Below are positions 36,983-44,332 of a stretch of 64,000 nucleotides of DNA, in pieces (the first letter of the stretch is position 1; each line of letters opens with the position of its first letter). Source of the stretch: an uncultured Flavobacteriales bacterium (lineage in GTDB: Bacteria; Bacteroidota; Bacteroidia; Flavobacteriales; Weeksellaceae); assembly GCA_937973555.1 (NCBI GenBank), contig CALJKL010000078.1, positions 8,232-72,231 of the forward strand, read 5' to 3'. The notes beneath the pieces were generated by a model that was not told where the DNA came from, ran no database searches, and was given only the letters and a program-made list of their open reading frames with translations. A program made the position numbers and the translations under genes.

Positions 36983-37840
36983 ATGGCAAACTTAAAAGAA
37001 ATTAGAGGCAGAATTACGTCTATTTCATCTACAATGCAGATTACCAGTGCGATGAAAATGGTTTCGGCTGCGAAACTAAAGAAAGCACAAGACGCTATTG
37101 TAATGCTAAGACCTTATTCTGAAAAACTTCAGGAGATCATTCAGAATGTAAGTTCTAATGCAGATTCTGATAGTGTTTCTGCTTTTGCACAAAAAAGAGA
37201 AGTAAAGAAGGTTTTGTATATTGCTGTAACTTCTAACAGAGGTTTGGCAGGAGCTTTCAACTCTTCTATCATTAAGGAATTAAATAATAGAATTTCTAAT
37301 ACCACTGCAGAAGTAGAAGTGCTTACTATCGGTAAAAAAGTTTTTGATGCCGTAAAAAGAACCAGAACTGTATATGATAATCAAAGTGCCATTTTTGATC
37401 ATCTTAGTTTTGGTGCTGTTGCAAAAGTGACTTCTACCGTAATGAAGGATTTCAGTGAAGGAAAATTTGATGAGGTTCATCTTATTTATAATAAATTCTT
37501 AAATGCTGCTACACAAGAAGTAATCACAGAACAGTTGTTGCCTATAGCAATGCCGGAAAACCAAGGTAACGCGAATAGTGATTATATCTTCGAACCTAAC
37601 AGAAATGAGATTTTGGAGAGCTTAATTCCTAAGTCTATCAAAACTCAGGTGTATAAAGCTGTTTTAGATTCTGTAGCCTCAGAACATGGTGCCAGAATGA
37701 CAGCGATGCACAAGGCAACAGACAATGCACAAGCACTTAAAAATGATTTGGTGATTTTCTACAATAAAGCTCGTCAGGCTGCAATTACCAATGAAATCCT
37801 TGAAATTGTATCTGGAGCAGAAGCATTAAAGAACGGATAG
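36983..37840 (+). CDS. atpG: F0F1 ATP synthase subunit gamma
   Basis: N-terminus LKEIRGRITSISSTMQITSAMKMVSAAKL and C-terminus ARQAAITNEILEIVSGAEAL. Confidence 0.95.
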   Translation: MANLKEIRGRITSISSTMQITSAMKMVSAAKLKKAQDAIVMLRPYSEKLQEIIQNVSSNADSDSVSAFAQKREVKKVLYIAVTSNRGLAGAFNSSIIKELNNRISNTTAEVEVLTIGKKVFDAVKRTRTVYDNQSAIFDHLSFGAVAKVTSTVMKDFSEGKFDEVHLIYNKFLNAATQEVITEQLLPIAMPENQGNANSDYIFEPNRNEILESLIPKSIKTQVYKAVLDSVASEHGARMTAMHKATDNAQALKNDLVIFYNKARQAAITNEILEIVSGAEALKNG

Positions 37841-37862
37841 TAATATTATTTATATTTTATAT

Positions 37863-37893
37863 AAAAGCATCAAGTTAAATTGATGCTTTTTTT
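37863..37893 (+). terminator. rho-independent terminator after atpG
   Basis: AAAAGCATCAA gttaaa TTGATGCTTTT (perfect 11 bp) followed by a T-run. Confidence 0.85.
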
Positions 37894-37931
37894 GTTTATA
37901 TTAAAAAAATAAAATTTTAAGGATAAATTAT

Positions 37932-37939
37932 TAAATTTG
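37932..37939 (+). promoter_or_regulatory. candidate -7 box (TAAATTTG) for the histidine kinase
   Basis: Matches TAnnTTTG and lies 16 nt upstream of ATG 37956. Confidence 0.45.
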
Positions 37940-37955
37940 TATACTTTTTATAAGT

Positions 37956-39383
37956 ATGCAATTTCCTAAAAACACATTTTTGAGATATAAAATTTTTATT
38001 GCCATTGTTCTATTAAACTTCGTGTTTATGACCTTTATGGCTGCGTTTAATTTTTACAGGGAATCTGTAAAGATCAGCATGTCTAAAAAACAGGAATTAG
38101 CCGTTACCGAAGATAAAATTCAAGAAACATTCAGCTACCTAATAAGGCAAAAAGTCTCTGATACTATAGATCTAAAAAAACTTCTGAGTGAGAGGATATT
38201 TGAAATTGCCAATATTAATAATGTCTATATTACCATTTATGATCTAGACAAAAAAATTATTGTGAGCAGTAAGAATAATAAGAAGTTCTTAAAAAATACA
38301 ATTTTAAATGATTTAGCATTAAATAAGAAAAATATCTTTGAAGATAGCATTGATGACGGAAAAAAGAATGTTATCTATAATTCTTATACTTATTTGCTGA
38401 ATAAAGAAAGACCTATAGCGGTTATTAATACAGAGACAGTTGCTAACAAAACCTCTTTTTTTTACCATATTATTCTTCTTTTGAAGCAATATTTTTTTGT
38501 GATAGTCTTTCTTTTAATAATAAGCGGATATGCAGCGTGGTTTATTTCTAAAAATCTTACCAAAAAAATTAAAAATATTGCTGAAACCTTAAGCAAGACC
38601 AATGTAGAATATCTTGAAAATCCAATAGAGTATACAGATAATGATGAGATAAAACCCTTGGTGGAATCTTATAACAACATGCTGATAAAACTAAAGGAAC
38701 AAACACTTATACTGACAAAAACAGAGCGAGAAGATGCCTGGAGAGATATGGCAAGGCAGATAGCCCATGAAATAAACAATCCGTTAACTCCTCTTAAACT
38801 GTCTGTTCAGAACTTTCAGCGAAAATATAATCCTAATGATGCCAATAATGAAGAGAAGATTAGAAACCTTACCAAAGTGGTGGTCAATCAAATAGATATT
38901 ATTTCATCTATTACCAAGGCTTTTTCGGATTTTGCAAAAATGCCTATCAATAATGATAAAAAAACAGATATTGTAAAGACTGTAAAATATGCTGTAGAAA
39001 TTTTTCCGGATCATATTGTAGAGTTTTCTTCTAATGTAAAGGAACTTTTTCATAAAATAGATAATATATATCTTACAAGGGTAATCACCAATATTGTAAA
39101 AAACGGCATTCAGTCTATTCCCCACAATCACAAAAAAGTACTAGTGCATCTTAAAGATTCTAACCATACATTTTTAATCAGCATACAAGACAATGGCTCT
39201 GGAATTACAGAAGATAATAAAGATAAGGTCTTTGAAAAAAAATTCACTACCAAATCTTCAGGGATGGGTTTAGGGCTTTATATGGTAAAGAAAATAGTGG
39301 AAGATTATGGAGGAAGAATTTGGTTTGAAACCAAAACTGAAGTAGGAACCACGTTCTTTATAGAATTTAGTAAAAACTGCTAA
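37956..39383 (+). CDS. sensor histidine kinase, NtrY-like H-box, no cognate regulator adjacent
   Basis: Two TM helices flank a roughly 150-aa extracytoplasmic segment, followed by a HAMP-like linker, H-box AHEINNPLTPL, N box (VITNIVKNGIQS), and G boxes (DNGSGI, GMGLGL). Confidence 0.9.
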   Translation: MQFPKNTFLRYKIFIAIVLLNFVFMTFMAAFNFYRESVKISMSKKQELAVTEDKIQETFSYLIRQKVSDTIDLKKLLSERIFEIANINNVYITIYDLDKKIIVSSKNNKKFLKNTILNDLALNKKNIFEDSIDDGKKNVIYNSYTYLLNKERPIAVINTETVANKTSFFYHIILLLKQYFFVIVFLLIISGYAAWFISKNLTKKIKNIAETLSKTNVEYLENPIEYTDNDEIKPLVESYNNMLIKLKEQTLILTKTEREDAWRDMARQIAHEINNPLTPLKLSVQNFQRKYNPNDANNEEKIRNLTKVVVNQIDIISSITKAFSDFAKMPINNDKKTDIVKTVKYAVEIFPDHIVEFSSNVKELFHKIDNIYLTRVITNIVKNGIQSIPHNHKKVLVHLKDSNHTFLISIQDNGSGITEDNKDKVFEKKFTTKSSGMGLGLYMVKKIVEDYGGRIWFETKTEVGTTFFIEFSKNC

Positions 39384-39409
39384 ACAATTAACAATTATAA
39401 AAACACAAG

Positions 39410-40303
39410 ATGAAAACAAATTTAATCGTAGTATTATCTGCACTGGTCTTAGTGCTTTCTGGTTTTATGCTTTATGATAGTTTAAATAATGAAATGTCTC
39501 AGGCTGAAATTCAATCCCAATTTAGTGACCTTAAATCCGATTATGAGTATATCCAAAAAGACTTAGAAGTTGCGATAAACGATGTCAATTTTAATAATAT
39601 TGAGATTATTAAACAAAAAAAAAGAATTGAAAAGCTCATCAACAAAAATAATATTACCCAAGAGGAACTTATGGAAGCCAAAAGTATTATGAGAGATATT
39701 TCTCGTAATTTCATTAAAAATTATAAAGGCAAGGTGGTAGTTCTTAAAGTTGAAAATGAAAAGCTTACTGAAGAAAAAAATAAAATCACTACAGAAGTTA
39801 CTAAACTGAAAGGAGAAGTAGAAGATCTAGGCTCAAAACTTAGTAAAGAAAAAGTGATCTCTAGTAAGAAAGATGAATTAATTTCTTATGCTTCTAAACT
39901 TACGCTTTCCAACTTTATCCTTAAAGGATTCAAAGTGAGGGATAGTGGGAAAGAGATAGAAACTGATAAAGCCACCAGAATAGACAGGATAAAAGTATAT
40001 TTTGATGTAAATGAAAACATGATTGCAGATTCTGGAGAGAAAACCATCTATATGGTCATTAAAAAACCTAGTGGCGAAAACGTAACCTTCAGCAATAAAC
40101 CTACCAATATTTTTGTATACAATAAAAAGAAAATTTTGGCTTCTGATAAACTGACTTTTTCTTATGACAAAGACAAGATGCAGACCATAGAATTTGTATG
40201 GGATAGCGAAGATTTTAATAGAGGAGATTATGTAATGGAAATATATGAACAAACCAAAAAAGATGTTGTTCAGATAGGTAAAGTTACCAAAACCTTGAAA
40301 TAA
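39410..40303 (+). CDS. membrane-anchored coiled-coil protein with beta-rich C-terminal domain, function unknown
   Basis: N-terminal anchor (LIVVLSALVLVLSGFMLY), heptad-rich charged region (about residues 30-150), and a C-terminal segment of about 140 aa with alternating beta patterns. It lies 26 nt after the kinase. Confidence 0.6.
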   Translation: MKTNLIVVLSALVLVLSGFMLYDSLNNEMSQAEIQSQFSDLKSDYEYIQKDLEVAINDVNFNNIEIIKQKKRIEKLINKNNITQEELMEAKSIMRDISRNFIKNYKGKVVVLKVENEKLTEEKNKITTEVTKLKGEVEDLGSKLSKEKVISSKKDELISYASKLTLSNFILKGFKVRDSGKEIETDKATRIDRIKVYFDVNENMIADSGEKTIYMVIKKPSGENVTFSNKPTNIFVYNKKKILASDKLTFSYDKDKMQTIEFVWDSEDFNRGDYVMEIYEQTKKDVVQIGKVTKTLK

Positions 40304-40327
40304 GATTCTATAAATAATTTTATTAAG

Positions 40328-40358
40328 AAAAAAAGGATGCGCAAAACGTATCCTTTTT
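40328..40358 (+). terminator. rho-independent terminator
   Basis: AAAGGATGCG caaaa CGTATCCTTT (one G:U) followed by TTTTTG. Confidence 0.7.
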
Positions 40359-40389
40359 GTTTGAAAACTACTTTGTGAAAAAATATATC

Positions 40390-40397
40390 TATATTTG
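40390..40397 (+). promoter_or_regulatory. candidate -7 box (TATATTTG)
   Basis: Matches TAnnTTTG and lies 24 nt upstream of ATG 40422. Confidence 0.45.
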
Positions 40398-40421
40398 CAT
40401 ATATAGTTTTAAAATTTTTAA

Positions 40422-41777
40422 ATGGACCCCGATAGTTTTGTCAAACTTATTATTGCATTATTACTCGTATTATTGAACGGTTTTTTCGTAGCCGCAGAAT
40501 TTTCTATCGTTAAAGTGCGTTATTCGCAGATTCAGTTAAAAGCCGCTGAAGGAAATAAAATGGCCAAGCAGGCAGAACACATCATCAAAAATTTAGACGC
40601 TTATCTTTCTGCTACCCAATTGGGTATTACCCTCGCCTCATTAGCCTTAGGGTGGGTAGGTGAAAGCACTTTAGAGCATGTTTTTAGTGCGATATTCAAT
40701 AATTTAAGTCTAAGTATAGCTCCTAATACCCTTACTACAATCTCAGTTATTACCAGTTTCCTTATTATTACCATTATGCATATTGTTTTTGGTGAATTGG
40801 TGCCAAAATCTATTGCCATCAGGAAATCTGAACCAGCAACTTTGTTCATTGCTGCGCCATTGAGGCTGTTTTATAATATTTTTCGTCCATTTATATGGTT
40901 AATGAATGTTATTTCTAACGCTTTCTTAAGATTGATAGGCATACATCCCGTTTCGGAGCACGAAATACATTCTACAGAAGAATTGCAGCTTTTGGTAAAA
41001 CAGTCTGCAGACAGTGGAGAGATAGAAGAAGAAAACTACGAAATCATTAAGAATGCTTTCGATTTTACAGACCATAATGCCAAGCAGGTAATGGTACCGC
41101 GCCAAAATATCTTTTCTATTGATATAGAAGAGAGTAAAGAAGAAATTTTGGAGAAAATTATGGAAAGCGGTTACTCTAGAATTCCGGTGTATGAAGATTC
41201 TATCGATAATATTATTGGAATTTTTTATGCCAAAGAAATCATCAGAGAATACATCAAGCATAAAGATAATCTGGAAGCATTTGATCTTAGAAACTACTTG
41301 CGTGAAGCCTTCTTTGTAGTAGGCAGTAAAAAGGTTTCAGATTTATTGAAGGTTTTTCAGCAGAAGAAACAGCATTTGGCTATTGTCATTGATGAATTTG
41401 GAGGAACAGAAGGTATCCTTACCCTGGAAGATATTCTGGAAGAATTGGTAGGCGAAATTCAGGATGAGGAAGATGAGGAAGAAAAAATTGTAGATCAGAT
41501 AAACGAAAATACTTTTTGGGTATTGGCGACTCAACCATTGGAAGAAATCAATGAACATTTGCCGAAACCACTTTCTGAAGATGGAGAATATAATACTTTA
41601 GCAGGCTTTATTCTGCATCAGTTAGAAGAAATACCGGAAGAAAATCAAGAATTTGAAATAGATGATTATCAGTTCAAAATTTTGAAAATGAATAACAAGA
41701 GTGTAGAGTTAGTAGAACTGATCTATAGCCCTAAAGATATCATAGACGAATTCACTGAAGAAATAAGCGAAATCTAA
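40422..41777 (+). CDS. CNNM/TlyC-family membrane protein (DUF21 + CBS pair + CorC_HlyC)
   Basis: N-terminal DUF21 helices (FFVAAEFSIVKVR), a CBS-pair region, and a C-terminal transporter-associated domain. Confidence 0.9.
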   Translation: MDPDSFVKLIIALLLVLLNGFFVAAEFSIVKVRYSQIQLKAAEGNKMAKQAEHIIKNLDAYLSATQLGITLASLALGWVGESTLEHVFSAIFNNLSLSIAPNTLTTISVITSFLIITIMHIVFGELVPKSIAIRKSEPATLFIAAPLRLFYNIFRPFIWLMNVISNAFLRLIGIHPVSEHEIHSTEELQLLVKQSADSGEIEEENYEIIKNAFDFTDHNAKQVMVPRQNIFSIDIEESKEEILEKIMESGYSRIPVYEDSIDNIIGIFYAKEIIREYIKHKDNLEAFDLRNYLREAFFVVGSKKVSDLLKVFQQKKQHLAIVIDEFGGTEGILTLEDILEELVGEIQDEEDEEEKIVDQINENTFWVLATQPLEEINEHLPKPLSEDGEYNTLAGFILHQLEEIPEENQEFEIDDYQFKILKMNNKSVELVELIYSPKDIIDEFTEEISEI

Positions 41778-41785
41778 AAAGAGTT

Positions 41786-42073
41786 ATGTTTTTTTACGAT
41801 AAGCCACAACGCGAATACCAAGAAGAGATTACATTGTTGGAAAATGAAGACGAGGTCTATAAACTAGTGCTTCACAATGATGATGTCAATACCTTTGATT
41901 ATGTGATCGATTGCCTTATCGAAATCTGCAAACATACGCTAGAACAGGCAGAGCAATGTACCATCTTGGTTCATTATAAAGGAAAATGTACCGTTAAAAC
42001 AGGAGGAATGGACCTTTTGAAGCCCATGCACGATCAATTGATTTCAAGAGGGTTAACATCCGAAATAGTATAA
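41786..42073 (+). CDS. clpS: ATP-dependent Clp protease adaptor ClpS
   Basis: YKLVLHNDDVNTFDYVIDCLIEICKHTLEQAEQCTILVHYKGKCTVKTG is a typical ClpS core. Confidence 0.9.
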   Translation: MFFYDKPQREYQEEITLLENEDEVYKLVLHNDDVNTFDYVIDCLIEICKHTLEQAEQCTILVHYKGKCTVKTGGMDLLKPMHDQLISRGLTSEIV

Positions 42074-42105
42074 AAAAAAATCACGCTAAAAAGCGTGATT
42101 TTTTA
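42074..42105. terminator. bidirectional terminator between clpS and the peptidase gene
   Basis: AAAAAAAATCACGC taaaaa GCGTGATTTTTT. Confidence 0.8.
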
Positions 42106-42121
42106 TTTTATATATTCCCGA

Positions 42122-44323
42122 TTAAAATTTTACTTTAAAAACTTTGGTTTCACCATTTCTGATGATGGTTACCTCCTTTTCGTCTCCAGCATTAATTTTG
42201 GCCAGACAATCCATGTAAGAATAAACCTCTGTGATTTTACAATCTCCAATTTGGGTAAGAATATCGCCAGCCATTATTCCGGCAATGGCAGCGGGTCTAT
42301 TATCTGTAACTCCATCTATATGCAAACCGTCTTTGGAGTCGGCATAACTTGGCATAATGCCTAGCGTTACCTTATATTTCGGCACAGATTTAGAAGCCGT
42401 AGTTTTGGTTTTGGTAAAAGGGATTTCAGCTTTCTCAGAAAGTTCACTCGAGATTCTGAAAACATATTCTGTAATGGTTTTTACACCTTCAAAATTTATT
42501 TTATCGGCATCATCGCTTGGTTTATGATAGTCTGCATGCGTACCGGTAAACATAAAAAGTACCGGGATGTCTTTCAAGTAAAAACTTGTATGGTCGCTAG
42601 GGCCTACACCTGCTTCATCCAATGTGATATTGTAACCTCCAGGTTTCAGTTTCTTTACCATGTCTGGGAAAATAGGGGAGCTGCCTACACCGCCTACTGT
42701 AAGGTTTTTGTCTTTATCCAATCTTCCCACCATATCCATATTAATCATGGCAGATACATTTTGATATTGAGTTTTTATATTTTCAGCCAACTTTTTAGAA
42801 CCAATTAGTCCATCTTCTTCTGCTGAGAAAAGCGCAAAAACATAATTTGCCTTTTCTCTGGTTTTATTTTTGGTGAAAATTCTAGCCAGTTCCATTACGG
42901 CAGTTACACCAGATGCATTATCATCGGCCCCGTTGTGTATCATTCCGTCAGAATTGACAAGTGTAGAGTGGTGATGCTCATTAAGTCCAAGATGATCAAA
43001 ATGTGCCCCGATAATGATGGTTTTTGCAGCTTTATTGTCAAGATATCCAATAACGTTTCTTCCCGAAGTATTTAGAGAAGAATTTTCATCATGAGGATTC
43101 ATTTTTACTGAATATTCAAAAGGCTGAATACTGGTCTTTAGGCCCAATTTTTTGAAATAATCAGACAGATAGTTTGCAGCTTTTTTTTCACCTTCACTGC
43201 CTGCCAATCTGCCCTTCAAATCATCGCTTGCCAAATAGGAAAGATGGTTTTTAAGATTTTCTTCGTTAATGTTTTCAGCTTCGTCCGTTTCTACCCAATC
43301 TGCAATAAAGACATTGGTTTCTCTTGGCTTAGATTGATCTCTATTACTGCTGAAAACCAATTTTTTACCATCTCTTGAAAACATCGGGAAGGCATTGAAC
43401 TCACTTTCGTAGGTTATCTGTTTCAAGTTTTTACCATCAATACCGATGGTGTACAATTGAAAATCATAACCTCTGGTAGAATGATGGTTGCTGGAGAAGA
43501 TAATCCTTTTATCATTGGGTGTAAAATAAGGTGCCCAATTGGCTTTTCCAAGGTGGGTAATCTGTTTTAATCCGGTACCGTCGGCATTGATGGTATAGAT
43601 TTCCATGCTGGTAGGGGCTACCAAATTTTGAGCAAGCAGATCTTTGTATTCTTTTACCTCTTCTTGGGTCTTAGGCCTCGAGGCACGGAAAACGATCTTC
43701 TTGGAATCATGAGAAAAAAATGCACCACCATCATATCCTAATCCCGAAGTCAGCTGCTTAAGGTTTTTGCCGTCAATATCCATGGTCCAGAGTTCCAAAT
43801 CGCCACTTCTGGTAGAAGTAAATACTATTTTCTTACCATCAGGAGAAAGTGTAGCTTCAGCATCGTATCCTGGAGAATTGGTTAATTTTTTAGTAATGTT
43901 TCCCTTCAAATCTGCCACATAAATGTCAAATTCAGGGTAAATTGCCCACAAATATTTTCCTCCCATAGGAACAGGAGGAGCAGGACAAGCGGCAGAGCTT
44001 TCATGCGTAGAAGCATATAGTATATGCTTGTTATCTGGCATGAAATAAGAGCAGGTAGTTCTTCCTTTTCCTGTTGAAGCCAATTGCAAATTTTCAGATT
44101 TTTTATTGAAATCTTTAGCTAAATCATACAGAAAAATCTGGTCGCATTCTATTCCAGCACTTTTATTGGTAACCTGCATGGTGAGAAATTTACCATCAGG
44201 AGAAAAATAGGCTTCTGCATTGTCTCCGCCATCGGTAATTTTCGTGATGTTTTTTAAGTTTCTTTCCTGTGAAAATAACGCGGCACTGGTAAAGAGTGCC
44301 AAAAAGATATGTTTTTTCTTCAT
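42122..44323 (-). CDS. secreted tri-domain protein: TolB-like PD40 beta-propeller + M28 aminopeptidase + PDZ
   Basis: Signal peptide; repeated PD40 motifs (FSPDGKFL, LSPDGKKIVFTS, FSHDSKKIVF, FTPNDKRIIFSS, FSRDGKKLVFSS); M28 metal ligands (HFDHLG, GADDNASGV, FSAEEDGLIGS, NMDMVG, DHTSF); C-terminal PDZ (IMAGDILTQIGDCKI). Confidence 0.85.
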   Translation of the reverse strand: MKKKHIFLALFTSAALFSQERNLKNITKITDGGDNAEAYFSPDGKFLTMQVTNKSAGIECDQIFLYDLAKDFNKKSENLQLASTGKGRTTCSYFMPDNKHILYASTHESSAACPAPPVPMGGKYLWAIYPEFDIYVADLKGNITKKLTNSPGYDAEATLSPDGKKIVFTSTRSGDLELWTMDIDGKNLKQLTSGLGYDGGAFFSHDSKKIVFRASRPKTQEEVKEYKDLLAQNLVAPTSMEIYTINADGTGLKQITHLGKANWAPYFTPNDKRIIFSSNHHSTRGYDFQLYTIGIDGKNLKQITYESEFNAFPMFSRDGKKLVFSSNRDQSKPRETNVFIADWVETDEAENINEENLKNHLSYLASDDLKGRLAGSEGEKKAANYLSDYFKKLGLKTSIQPFEYSVKMNPHDENSSLNTSGRNVIGYLDNKAAKTIIIGAHFDHLGLNEHHHSTLVNSDGMIHNGADDNASGVTAVMELARIFTKNKTREKANYVFALFSAEEDGLIGSKKLAENIKTQYQNVSAMINMDMVGRLDKDKNLTVGGVGSSPIFPDMVKKLKPGGYNITLDEAGVGPSDHTSFYLKDIPVLFMFTGTHADYHKPSDDADKINFEGVKTITEYVFRISSELSEKAEIPFTKTKTTASKSVPKYKVTLGIMPSYADSKDGLHIDGVTDNRPAAIAGIMAGDILTQIGDCKITEVYSYMDCLAKINAGDEKEVTIIRNGETKVFKVKF

Positions 44324-44332
44324 AAAAATTGA

